Source: an uncultured Gemmatimonadales bacterium
Lineage (GTDB): Bacteria > Gemmatimonadota > Gemmatimonadetes > Gemmatimonadales > GWC2-71-9
Length of the DNA stretch: 64,000 nucleotides
Direction of reading: 5' to 3'
Assembly: GCA_963779755.1 (NCBI GenBank)
Contig: CAVZZO010000001.1
Coordinates: 1,280,001-1,344,000 of the forward strand
This document shows positions 1 to 8,652 of this stretch, in pieces. The notes beneath the pieces were generated by a model. That model saw only the letters and a list, made by a program, of their open reading frames with translations, had not been told where the DNA came from and ran no database searches. Position 1 is the stretch's first letter. The number at the start of each line of letters is the position of its first letter. Both the position numbers and the translations under genes were made by a program.

Positions 1-2
1 AC

Positions 3-1283
3 CTCTTCGGTTCCATGCGCCGCATGGAGCTGGCCCTGGGCGTGACTGCGCTGGACCATATCGGCGAGCGCATCGAGGCCATGCTGGACCTCAAGGTGCC
101 GCAGGGCCTCCTGGGCAAACTGTCCATGCTGCCGCGGCTGGCGGAGATGGCCAAATTCCCGCCCCGTACCCGGAGCCGTGGGGCGGCACAGGAGGTTCTG
201 CGGGATGCGGACGTGGATCTGTCCCGCATTCCCGCGCTCACCACCTGGCCCCAGGATGGCGGCCCCTATCTGACGCTGCCCATGGTCATCACCACCGATC
301 CGGGAACAGGCTCCCGCAACGTGGGGATGTACCGGGTGCAGGTGCTGGGGAAGGACACGCTGGCCATGCACTGGCAGCGGCACAAGGTGGGCGCCGCCCA
401 CTGGCGCGCCATGGCCGCACGGGGCGAGAAGATGCCGGTCGTGATCGCGCTGGGGGGCGATCCCGCCTGCGTCTATTCGGCCAGCGCGCCGCTTCCGCCC
501 GGCATCGACGAGTTCCTCTTCGCCGGGTTTCTCCGCCGGAGCCCGGTGGAGCTCACCCGCGCGCTGACCTGTGAGCTGGAGTATCCCGCCGGGAGCGATA
601 TCGTGCTGGAGGGTTATATCGATCCGGCCGAGGACCTGGTGCTGGAAGGCCCGTTCGGCGACCACACGGGGTTCTACTCGCTGGCGGACTACTATCCGAA
701 GGTGCATGTCACCGCGATGAGTCTCCGGAAGGACCCGGTCTATATCGCGACGCTGGTGGGCCGTCCTCCCATGGAGGACTATTACCTGGGCCATGCCACC
801 GAGCGGATCTTTCTCCCGCTGCTCAGGCTCACCCTGCCCGAGATCGTGGATTACCACATGCCGGCCGCCGGCATCTTCCACAACCTGGTCTTCGTCGCCA
901 TCGACAAGCAGTACCCCGGGCAGGCCTGGAAGGTGATGAATGCCCTCTGGGGGCAGGGGCTCATGTCGCTGGCCAAGGTGCTGGTCGTCGTGGACCGCGA
1001 GGTCAACGTCCGCGACCCCGACGAGGCCTGGTGGGTGGCGCTCAACAATATCGATCCCGAGCGCGACGTCCGCTTCACCATGGGGCCCATGGACGTGCTG
1101 GATCATGCCAGCCGGGCGTTCACCTACGGCAGCAAGATGGGGATCGACGCCACCCGCAAGTGGCCCGAAGAGGGCTTCACCCGGGAGTGGCCCGAGCGAA
1201 TCGAGATGGACGGCGAAACGAAGGCCCGGGTGGATGCGATGTGGGAGAAGCTGGGCATACGGCTGCCAGACGGTGAGCGGTAA
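3..1283 (+). CDS. ubiD: UbiD-family (prFMN-dependent) decarboxylase, menaquinone-pathway MqnL-like; 5' end lies before the window
   Basis: Frame is open from the window edge (LFGSMRR). Motifs DGGPYLT, NVGMYR, EGPFGDHTGFY, GSKMGIDAT. Clustered with ubiA and ubiX. Confidence 0.92.
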   Translation, partial: LFGSMRRMELALGVTALDHIGERIEAMLDLKVPQGLLGKLSMLPRLAEMAKFPPRTRSRGAAQEVLRDADVDLSRIPALTTWPQDGGPYLTLPMVITTDPGTGSRNVGMYRVQVLGKDTLAMHWQRHKVGAAHWRAMAARGEKMPVVIALGGDPACVYSASAPLPPGIDEFLFAGFLRRSPVELTRALTCELEYPAGSDIVLEGYIDPAEDLVLEGPFGDHTGFYSLADYYPKVHVTAMSLRKDPVYIATLVGRPPMEDYYLGHATERIFLPLLRLTLPEIVDYHMPAAGIFHNLVFVAIDKQYPGQAWKVMNALWGQGLMSLAKVLVVVDREVNVRDPDEAWWVALNNIDPERDVRFTMGPMDVLDHASRAFTYGSKMGIDATRKWPEEGFTREWPERIEMDGETKARVDAMWEKLGIRLPDGER

Positions 1284-1367
1284 GCGGTGAGCGGCCAGCG
1301 GGATCTCGGGCCCGGCTCCGGCGCTCCCGGTGAGCGGCCGCTCCCCGCTCCCCGCTCCCCACTCCCC
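1271..1367. repeat. Heptamer tracts GCGGTRA (1271-1294) and GCTCCCC (1340-1367) at the ubiD/ubiA junction
   Basis: cggtgagcggtaagcggtgagcgg contains the ubiD TAA and the ubiA GTG. gctcccc x3-4 lies inside the ubiA 5' end. Confidence 0.8.
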
Positions 1368-2255
1368 CGCGAGGGCCAGACCTTCGGCGGCGCGTCGCTG
1401 CTGGTGCGCTACGCCAATTTCGTCAAGCTGCCGCACACCCTCTTCGCGCTGCCCTTCGCCCTGCTCGGGTTGCTGGCCGCGAGCCGCCGGGCGCCGGTCA
1501 CCTGGCGGGACATTGCCCTGGTGGTGGTGGCGTTCTCGGCGGCCCGGTGGGTCGCCATGGGCTTCAACCGCATCGCCGATCTGGAATACGACCGCAGGAA
1601 TCCCCGGACCCGGGCCCGGGAGCTCCCCCGCGGCGCGCTCACTCTGGGGCAGGCCTGGGGATCGGTCCTCGTGGCCGCGGCCCTCTTCGTGGCTGCGGCC
1701 GGCCTGCTCAATCCCCTCTGTCTCCGGTTGAGCCCGCTGGCGCTGGCCTGGATCACCTCCTACAGCTTTGCCAAGCGCTTCACCTGGTGGCCCCACCTCT
1801 GGCTGGGCCTGAGCCTGGCGATCGCCCCGGTGGGCGGCTATCTCGCCGTTACCGGCCGCTGGAGCACGCCCTGGTGGCTGCTGGCAGCGATCACCGTTGC
1901 GGTGGCGGCGTGGGTGGCCGGCTTCGACATCTTCTACGCCCTGCCGGACCACGAGTTCGACCGTGACGCGCAGCTGCGCAGCGCGGTGGTGCGCCTGGGC
2001 GAAGGGGGCAGTATTCTGCTGGCCAAGCTGCTGCACGCGATTACCATCCCCATGCTGGTGCTGTTCGGCTGGGGCGCCGGGTTCGGCGCCTGGTATTACC
2101 TCGGGGTGGCGCTGGCCGCCGGGATCCTGGTCTGGGAGCACCGCCTGGTGCGCCCCGGTGACCTGTCCCGGCTGGATGCGGCTTTCTTTACCATGAACGG
2201 GGTCATGTCGGTGACGGTGTTTGTGTTCGCGCTGATCGACCGGATGGCGCGATGA
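1287..2255 (+). CDS. ubiA: UbiA-family prenyltransferase (MqnP / 4-hydroxybenzoate polyprenyltransferase-like)
   Basis: VKLPHTLFALPFA, NRIADLEYDRRNPRTRARELP, GFDIFYALPDHEFD; multiple TM helices. Start codon uncertain because the N-terminus is repeat-derived. Confidence 0.9.
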   Translation: MSGQRDLGPGSGAPGERPLPAPRSPLPREGQTFGGASLLVRYANFVKLPHTLFALPFALLGLLAASRRAPVTWRDIALVVVAFSAARWVAMGFNRIADLEYDRRNPRTRARELPRGALTLGQAWGSVLVAAALFVAAAGLLNPLCLRLSPLALAWITSYSFAKRFTWWPHLWLGLSLAIAPVGGYLAVTGRWSTPWWLLAAITVAVAAWVAGFDIFYALPDHEFDRDAQLRSAVVRLGEGGSILLAKLLHAITIPMLVLFGWGAGFGAWYYLGVALAAGILVWEHRLVRPGDLSRLDAAFFTMNGVMSVTVFVFALIDRMAR

Positions 2256-2404
2256 ACAAGGGGACCAGGGACCGGGAATCGGGAACCAGGACCCCCAGCC
2301 CCCGCCCCGGTTCCTCCCCCAGGGTCAAACCGCGGCCGGTGGCCCCGCCGGCGCCCCCGAAGCACCCGGTGAAGACGCCCACGCCCAACCGGAGAGGTCA
2401 ATGA
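2252..2404 (+). CDS. Putative 50-aa Pro/Arg-rich small ORF overlapping the ubiA stop and the ubiX start (ATGA at both ends)
   Basis: Hand translation: MNKGTRDRESGTRTPSPRPGSSPRVKPRPVAPPAPPKHPVKTPTPNRRGQ*. Below the ORF-track length cutoff. Confidence 0.45.
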   Translation: MNKGTRDRESGTRTPSPRPGSSPRVKPRPVAPPAPPKHPVKTPTPNRRGQ

Positions 2405-2985
2405 GCGATCTGCCCCTGGTGCTGGCCGTGACCGGCGCGTCCGGCGCGCCCTACGCCGTGCGACTGCTGGAGGTGCTGGCCGGGAAGCGCGTTCCCGTGT
2501 GGCTGCTGGTGTCGAGCCATGGATGGCGCCTGCTGGCGGAGGAATGCGACATCAGGGATGACGCCGCCCTGCGGCAGGCCACCGGCGGCGACTGGTCGTC
2601 CATCACGCTCTTCCCCGACAACGACCGCGGCGCACTCCCCGCTTCCGGTTCCCGGCGCACCCGCGGAATGGTGATCTGCCCCTGCTCCATGGGCACCGTG
2701 TCCGCCGTGGCGCACGGCAGCAGCCGCTCCCTGGTGGAGCGCGCCGCCGACGTGACGCTGAAAGAGGGCCGCAAGCTCATCCTGGTACCGCGGGAAACCC
2801 CGCTCTCACTGGTGCATCTGCGGAACCTGACGGCCGCCGCCGAAGCCGGTGCCACCATCATCCCGGCCGCACCCGGCTTTTATCACCGGCCGCAGGCGAT
2901 CGCGGATCTGGTGGATTTCATCGTCCAGCGGATCCTGGACCACGCAGGTATCGAGGCCCAGATGAGCAAACGCTGGGAGGGATAG
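2401..2985 (+). CDS. ubiX: UbiX flavin prenyltransferase
   Basis: VTGASGAPY, ASGS, ICPCSMGT, RAADVTLKEGRKLILVPRETP, PGFYHRP. Confidence 0.95.
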   Translation: MSDLPLVLAVTGASGAPYAVRLLEVLAGKRVPVWLLVSSHGWRLLAEECDIRDDAALRQATGGDWSSITLFPDNDRGALPASGSRRTRGMVICPCSMGTVSAVAHGSSRSLVERAADVTLKEGRKLILVPRETPLSLVHLRNLTAAAEAGATIIPAAPGFYHRPQAIADLVDFIVQRILDHAGIEAQMSKRWEG

Positions 2986-2990
2986 ACGCC

Positions 2991-3029
2991 CTCTTTTCTC
3001 TTTCCTCTTTTCCCTTTTCTCTCGTTTTC
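2991..3029 (+). repeat. Pyrimidine heptamer tract (TTTYYCT-like) directly before a start codon
   Basis: ctcttttctctttcctcttttcccttttctctcgttttc followed by GTG. Confidence 0.65.
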
Positions 3030-3509
3030 GTGCGCCTCGGCATCCTCTCCGATACCCACGGGCTGCTCCGGCCCCAGATCTTCGACGTCTTCAGCGAAGT
3101 GGACCGGATTCTCCACGCGGGGGACGTAGGCCCGCCCGAGCTACTGGAAGAACTGGCGGCCATCGCGCCGGTCACCGCGGTCTGGGGGAACACCGATGGG
3201 TGGGCCATCCGGGAGCGGGTGCCGGAAGTCGTGGCGCAGCGGATCGAAGGCCTGGATTTCGTGCTGGTGCACGGCCACCAGCTCGGCGCTCCCACTCCGG
3301 AGGCGCTGCACCGGCAGTACCCCGGAGCGGAGGTCATCGTCTACGGCCATACCCACCGGCCCCTGCTCACCACGGTAGACGTGGTCGTGACGGTGATGAA
3401 TCCCGGCGGCGCCGGCCACCGGCGCTTCAACCTGCCGGCCAGCGTGGGGATCATGGAACTGGAGGCGGGGCTCCCGCCCCGGGCGAGACTGGTGCCGCTG
3501 GAGGGGTGA
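3030..3509 (+). CDS. YfcE/MJ0936-family metallophosphoesterase
   Basis: SDTHG, HAGD, WGNTD, HGH, YGHTH, MNPG motifs. Confidence 0.9.
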   Translation: MRLGILSDTHGLLRPQIFDVFSEVDRILHAGDVGPPELLEELAAIAPVTAVWGNTDGWAIRERVPEVVAQRIEGLDFVLVHGHQLGAPTPEALHRQYPGAEVIVYGHTHRPLLTTVDVVVTVMNPGGAGHRRFNLPASVGIMELEAGLPPRARLVPLEG

Positions 3510-3519
3510 GAAGCGAGAA

Positions 3520-3542
3520 CCGCCTTCCCGCCTTCCCGCCTA
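3520..3542. repeat. Octamer tract CCGCCTTC x~3 abutting the stop of the minus-strand gene
   Basis: Minus strand reads TAGgcgggaaggcgggaaggcgg. Confidence 0.65.
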
Positions 3543-5900
3543 CAGCCTGAAGAGATAACTCAGTTTGGCAAAGAAACTGTCGTCGGTCCGGTCGAGCCGC
3601 CGGAAGGCAAACGCGTCCTGATCGGTGAGATCGCTGCCGTATCCGGCAAAGAAGACGGTGCCGGGCACCGGCTGGTAGCTCAGCAGCAGATCGAAGTGCA
3701 GCAGGTTGCTGGCGCTGGCCGTCGAGCGAGCCAGGCCGCCGGGGCCGGCAATGAGAATGGGCGCGTTGGTGCGGGAATCGTCCCGTAGCGAGTCGGTCTG
3801 CTGCTGGACGTACTGCCCCACCAGGCGGACGAAGAGCGGCCGGCTCAGCTGGTACTCGAGCCTGGTGCGCAGGACCCGCCCCACGCTGACCAGGCTGCCG
3901 TCGGTGGGCCGGTTCACCTGCTGCCAGTTATAGCTGACGTCGGTCCGGAGCCGCCCGGTCGGGCGGTAGGAGAGGCTCAGGTTCAGGAGCTTGAGATCTC
4001 CCGACGCCCATTCGCTGAAGTTTTCGTCGTGCCCCTGCAGAAAGAACCCGTTCGCGCTGAAGTGCTTCCATTGCGGGGTGCCCACCTGCACGAGGTACTC
4101 CCCGTTGTGGATGGTGGGCTGCCCGGTGAAGGGGATGGTGTCGAGCCCGCCCCCCGCCGCCGGCACCTCCAGGCGGTAGCGGGAATACAGTGCGGAGTCG
4201 TAACCGAACGACTCGATGAAATAGCCCGCTCCCACATTCCAGCCGCCGCGCAGAGCCGCGTTCGCGTTCAGGTGCAGTTTCTGGTCCTGGATGTTGCGCC
4301 CGTGGATGAAGTGCTGGTATTGCCAGATGCCGTCCAGCACCACGTCGCCCGTGAACCGCTCCAGGAAGGCGCCGGGCCCGCCATAGACAGTGTAACTCGG
4401 ATCGACGTACGAGTGGACGATACCGGACCGGCCGATGAACCCGCTGGAGGTCTGGAAATCGTCGGAGATGCCGGCGAACAGGCTCCGCAGGCCCCAGGCC
4501 CGGCCGCGAATCAGGAACTGGCCCAGCCAGAGCGGCGCGGTGGTAGTGCGGCCGGCCGCGCGGGTATGGCTGCCGGCCACCTGGAAGTTGAGACTGTAGA
4601 TCCGGCCGAACACCAGGCGGCCGTCGACGTCGGCGACCCGGTTGAAGTCGTTACCGTCGATCCGGTCGGTGTAGGCCACGCCGATTCTCGAGGTGGCGCC
4701 CACGCTCCGTTGCAGCCGCAGGATGTTGAAGACCGGATGGTCCTTTCCCGTGGCCGAGGCGAACCGCTCATCCACGGCGGACAGCAGCCCGATATCCGCC
4801 CCGCCCAGGGAGCCGGTGAGCTTCACCGCCGCCACCGGTTGCACGATGCGCCGGGTGTAGATCAGGTTCTGCGGGACCTGGAACAGCTCGCTCGCTTCCA
4901 GGAAAAAGGGCCGCTTCTCGGCAAAGAAGAGCGCCTGGCGCGGGTCGAACGCGAGCTGCCCGGCATCCGACTCCACCTGCGAGAAATCCGGCTTGACCGA
5001 GCCGTTCAGCGTCAGGCTGTTGGTGACTCCCCAGCGGACGTTCCCGCCCCACTGCGGCATCCCGCCGGCATAGTCATACCCGGCCGCCCCGGGCATCCCG
5101 CTCACCTTGGTGGTGACCTCGGGGTTGAGGTCCATGACCAGGCCCCGATGCAGCCCGGTCAGCCCCAGCAGGGTGCCGGACTGCCCCAGGAACGTGGCGT
5201 CGGCGCGCTGGGCCGGGAACCAGGAGTCCTCGAACCCCGAGTGCTTCACCTCCCGCACCACATTCAGGCTCCAGTCCTGCGTGCGGTCTTCCTGATACCG
5301 GAAGCTCTTGAAGGGAATGCGGATCTCGACCTGGTAGCCCCAGGGCGTGACCTCGCCCTTGGAGCTGTAGACGAAATCCGGGTTCAGATCGGCCTGCTCG
5401 CGCCCCACCACCGCGCCCCCGATGAAGCCGCTGGCGGTCACGTTGGTGCCCTCGACCAGGGTGCCGTCTCCCTGGACGCCCAGCGGATTGACCGCAAACA
5501 GGAGCGCCTGCTTGCCGTCGTGCAGCGGGCCCAGGAGAATCTGAATGTTATCGTCGCTGAAGATCTGGTCGCGGTTTGCCAGCGTCGCCGTGGGCCGGCC
5601 ATGCAGTTCCCAGGCGCGAATCCCGAAGTAGATGGCGGTGGGAGAATACCACACCAGCACCTGAGTGGAATCGGCCGCGGGGATGCCGTCGTTCGGTGCG
5701 TACTGCGAGAATCCCGTCAGCACCGCCGCCCGGGCCCAGGCGTCCTCGGTGAGCCGGCCATCGACGGTCACGTCGGCTTCCACCCGCGGCAGCCGCACGT
5801 CCAGCTGGTGCGCCCGGCCGGAATAGACCGACGGCGGCGCGCCGCCGGTTACCGGTGATGTGGCGACAGTCTGAAACAGCGCCAACCAGGCCAGCAGCAT
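3540..5900 (-). CDS. Secreted/outer-membrane protein, CBM9-like N-domain plus DUF5916-type beta-barrel region
   Basis: Signal peptide; VDGRLTEDAW; EIRIPFKSFRY; PDFSQVESD; EKRPFFLE; C-terminal FFAKLSYLFRL. Confidence 0.75.
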   Translation of the reverse strand: MLLAWLALFQTVATSPVTGGAPPSVYSGRAHQLDVRLPRVEADVTVDGRLTEDAWARAAVLTGFSQYAPNDGIPAADSTQVLVWYSPTAIYFGIRAWELHGRPTATLANRDQIFSDDNIQILLGPLHDGKQALLFAVNPLGVQGDGTLVEGTNVTASGFIGGAVVGREQADLNPDFVYSSKGEVTPWGYQVEIRIPFKSFRYQEDRTQDWSLNVVREVKHSGFEDSWFPAQRADATFLGQSGTLLGLTGLHRGLVMDLNPEVTTKVSGMPGAAGYDYAGGMPQWGGNVRWGVTNSLTLNGSVKPDFSQVESDAGQLAFDPRQALFFAEKRPFFLEASELFQVPQNLIYTRRIVQPVAAVKLTGSLGGADIGLLSAVDERFASATGKDHPVFNILRLQRSVGATSRIGVAYTDRIDGNDFNRVADVDGRLVFGRIYSLNFQVAGSHTRAAGRTTTAPLWLGQFLIRGRAWGLRSLFAGISDDFQTSSGFIGRSGIVHSYVDPSYTVYGGPGAFLERFTGDVVLDGIWQYQHFIHGRNIQDQKLHLNANAALRGGWNVGAGYFIESFGYDSALYSRYRLEVPAAGGGLDTIPFTGQPTIHNGEYLVQVGTPQWKHFSANGFFLQGHDENFSEWASGDLKLLNLSLSYRPTGRLRTDVSYNWQQVNRPTDGSLVSVGRVLRTRLEYQLSRPLFVRLVGQYVQQQTDSLRDDSRTNAPILIAGPGGLARSTASASNLLHFDLLLSYQPVPGTVFFAGYGSDLTDQDAFAFRRLDRTDDSFFAKLSYLFRL

Positions 5901-6011
5901 GGCGTGAGCGTCTCCGAGAGGGGTGATGCAGCGAGGAACATCGGCACCGGTCCGGTGGGCGCGCCGACGGATCTCCGGCTCCTACGCAATCAATGGCATG
6001 CGGGATTCAGG

Positions 6012-6046
6012 CCACGCCTCACGTCTTACCTCCTCACTTCTCACGT
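6012..6046. repeat. Degenerate heptamer tract CTCACGT overlapping the nuclease stop
   Basis: Minus strand: acgTGAgaagtgaggaggtaagacgtgaggcgtgg. Confidence 0.6.
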
Positions 6047-7138
6047 CCACTCCTCCAGCGCCACCGTCCTCCGGTTGGCTCCCGGGTGCTGCCGGAACCA
6101 GGACATCACCAGCAGGATCTCATCCAGCTTCTCGGAGCAGAGCGAGTGTACCTCCGGCGGCGGCTCGGAACGCTCGTCGGCCACTACGGCGCGGAAGGCC
6201 TCGCGTTCGATCGGCGTGGTGGGATAGGGATAGGTGGCGCGAACCAGCCCCCGGCGGATGACATAGGCCCGGTCGTCGCCGAACTCGCCCGGATCGCGAT
6301 AGACGAAGCTCAGCAGGTCCAGCGCAGTCCGGGTCCGGGTGAGGGCCGCCAGCAGCCACTCCAGCGCCTCGAACTTTTCCCGCCAGAGGGCTGCGCGCTC
6401 GAAATCGTGGCCGCCGGCGTGCACCTGCATCTGGTCGACGATCCGGCCGACCGGCTCGATGGTGCGCCCCTCGAAGAAGGCCTGGGCGGTGCGGAACCGG
6501 GCCAGATAGTCCTGCTCCGTCACCAGGCCGGCGCAGGGCCCGGTGCAGGTGCCGAAGTCGTAGCGCAGGCACCCGGCGCGGCGTGGCGGCGCGAAGAGAT
6601 CCATCTGGCCGGCAAAGACGATCGGCATGTCGGCCGCGCAGTCCCGCAGGCCCAGCAGATCGTTCAGCACCCGCACGCCCCGGCCCACGCGTTCCCGTGA
6701 CGTGAAGGGTCCGAAACACTGCAGGTCCTGCGTGCCCCGGCCGGCGCCAAGGGCCAGCCGGGGCGCGGCCCCGCCCTGCATGCGGACGAAGGTCAGGCGC
6801 CGGTGACGGTTGAGGCTGCGGTTGAAGCTGGGGCGGTAGCGATGGATCGCCCGCATTTCACCCAGGTAGGCGGCGAATTCGCTGGGGACGTAGGTCCAGG
6901 CGATGTCGGCGGACGCCTGGAGGATGCGTGCCGCCTTGTCCTCGGGGTAGCGCGCCCGGAAATAGCTCAGCAGGCGATTGCGCAGGCGCCGGGCCTTGCC
7001 CACATAGATGACCCGGCCGGCTGCGTCGGTCATCCGGTAGACCGCCGGCCGGTTCTCGGCCAGCTTGCTCACCCGGTGCCGGAGCGCCGGCAGGTCGGCG
7101 GCGGGAAGCGGAAGGGCGATGGCCGCGCGACGGCTCAT
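6041..7138 (-). CDS. GIY-YIG excinuclease, UvrC N-terminal-like (Cho-like) with UvrB/C coiled motif
   Basis: PAVYRM...VIYVGKARRLRNRLLSYF; Cys cluster CLRYDFGTCTGPC; DFERAALWRE. ATGA overlap with mutM. C-terminal UvrC domains are absent. Confidence 0.8.
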   Translation of the reverse strand: MSRRAAIALPLPAADLPALRHRVSKLAENRPAVYRMTDAAGRVIYVGKARRLRNRLLSYFRARYPEDKAARILQASADIAWTYVPSEFAAYLGEMRAIHRYRPSFNRSLNRHRRLTFVRMQGGAAPRLALGAGRGTQDLQCFGPFTSRERVGRGVRVLNDLLGLRDCAADMPIVFAGQMDLFAPPRRAGCLRYDFGTCTGPCAGLVTEQDYLARFRTAQAFFEGRTIEPVGRIVDQMQVHAGGHDFERAALWREKFEALEWLLAALTRTRTALDLLSFVYRDPGEFGDDRAYVIRRGLVRATYPYPTTPIEREAFRAVVADERSEPPPEVHSLCSEKLDEILLVMSWFRQHPGANRRTVALEEWT

Positions 7139-7959
7139 GACTGACAACGGTAACAGAAAACCGTGCTGCGGGCATCAATGTCGTGGGTCGAGACCAGCCT
7201 GGTTCCGCAAACCCGGCAGGGCTCTCCCTCGCGACCGTACACGAAGAGCTGGAGCTGGAAGTTGCCGGGCTGGCCGGTGCCGGTGCGATAATCGCGGAAG
7301 GTGGTGCCTTCCGCGTCGATGGCCGCCCGCAGAATCCGCCGGGTATGCCGGTAGAGCCGCCGGTATTGGTCGCCGGTGACCTGATTCGCCGGCCGGGAGG
7401 GGTCGATACCCGCGGCGAAGAGCGCCTCGTTGGCGTAGATGTTTCCCACCCCCACCAGGTGCTTCTGGTCCATCAGCACCTTCTTGATGGCCGCGCGGCT
7501 CGCCGAGAGGGTCCGGCGGAATGCCGCGGCGCTGAAGCCGGAGTCCAGCGGCTCGGGGCCCAGCCGCGCGGTATAGGCCTCCCAGCCGGCCTGATCCAGC
7601 AGCAGGATGGTGCCGAGCCGGCGGATGTCGCGAAACACCAGCACGCGGCCGTCGTCCATGGCGGCCTGGAGTACGGCGTAGCGCCGGGCCTCGGGCTTCA
7701 GGGGCCCGGAAAGCACCAGCAGATTACCGGTCATGCCCGGCTGGAGAATGAGAAATCGCTCGCCCAGATCGAACACCGCGTGCTTGGCCCGGCGGAAGAG
7801 GCCGCGAACCACCGCTCCGCGCAGCCGGGTCGCCAGCCGGCGGCGCGTGATTCCCCGCAGCACGTCTTCATGCGTGAGTCGCACCTGCTCGAATCTCCGC
7901 CCCACGACCAGCGGGCGGAGATCGCGTACCATGGTCTCGACTTCGGGAAGCTCAGGCAC
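7135..7959 (-). CDS. mutM: Formamidopyrimidine-DNA glycosylase (Fpg)
   Basis: GTG start then PELPEVET; GVGNIYANEALF; C-terminal zinc finger CRVC...CYRCQ. Confidence 0.96.
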   Translation of the reverse strand: MPELPEVETMVRDLRPLVVGRRFEQVRLTHEDVLRGITRRRLATRLRGAVVRGLFRRAKHAVFDLGERFLILQPGMTGNLLVLSGPLKPEARRYAVLQAAMDDGRVLVFRDIRRLGTILLLDQAGWEAYTARLGPEPLDSGFSAAAFRRTLSASRAAIKKVLMDQKHLVGVGNIYANEALFAAGIDPSRPANQVTGDQYRRLYRHTRRILRAAIDAEGTTFRDYRTGTGQPGNFQLQLFVYGREGEPCRVCGTRLVSTHDIDARSTVFCYRCQS

Positions 7960-8114
7960 ACCGGAAGAGTAATAAGGACTGAGGTCCTTTCGGCTCCCGC
8001 GCGCGGCGCTCGGTCCAGGGTGCCGGCTCCGGCAGCACCGATACCACCCTGCCGCCCCCCCCATTCGGTGGTGCCTGCGCCGGCCCCGGCCTTCGCCCCG
8101 GCGGTAGCTTCCCG

Positions 8115-8173
8115 CTCAGTCCTCAGTCCTCAGTCCTCAGTCCTCAGTCCTCAGTCCTCAGTCCTCAGTCCTC
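8115..8173. repeat. Perfect heptamer tandem repeat (CTCAGTC)x8
   Basis: 8 exact copies plus CTC, starting right after the minus-strand cupredoxin stop. Confidence 0.97.
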
Positions 8174-8581
8174 CTACGGTGTCACCGTAATCGTTCCCAC
8201 CATACCGGGGTGGATGGTGCAGTGATAGGTATAGGTCCCTGCGGCGGTGAACTTGAAGGTAAAGCGCCCCTGCGGAGGCAGGACACCGGAGTCGAAGAGG
8301 CCGTTGTCCTCGTGCAGATGATGGGTAACGCCGCTGACACCGCCGTAGGCGCCGGAGCTGAAGTCGCCGTTGTACCAGGTCACGCTGCCATCGGACAGCT
8401 TCACCTGGAAGTTGGCGGGGGAGAACGCGGTGGTGGTGAGCGTGGACGCGCCATTCACGACGGTGACGTCCGGAGTGGGGCCGGGATCGGTCGAGCTCTT
8501 GCACTGGGTGAGGAGGAGGCCGGCAATCGGGAGGAACAGCGCCGGCTTGAAGATGCGAAACAACTTGTACGAGATGTGCAT
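8174..8581 (-). CDS. Plastocyanin/azurin-like cupredoxin, probable lipoprotein
   Basis: Type-1 Cu ligands THH...YHCTIHPGM; hydrophobic leader ending LLLTQC. Confidence 0.85.
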   Translation of the reverse strand: MHISYKLFRIFKPALFLPIAGLLLTQCKSSTDPGPTPDVTVVNGASTLTTTAFSPANFQVKLSDGSVTWYNGDFSSGAYGGVSGVTHHLHEDNGLFDSGVLPPQGRFTFKFTAAGTYTYHCTIHPGMVGTITVTP

Positions 8582-8652
8582 GGAGACATCCGGTTGATGG
8601 TCTCCAATCTGCACACGGCGGGATTCACGCGACAGCGTAAAAGTACGGAACC

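Noticed and set aside
4029..5858. Long antisense ORFs (also 22396-24702, 29433-31604, 44299-47265, 56463-57911, 58476-60017)
   Set aside because: Shadow frames opposite clear genes; expected at high GC3; no motifs.
7960..8114. Structured ncRNA in GC-rich intergenic gaps (also 16793-16949, 50172-50410)
   Set aside because: Pairing potential is explained by GC content; no recognisable family motif.
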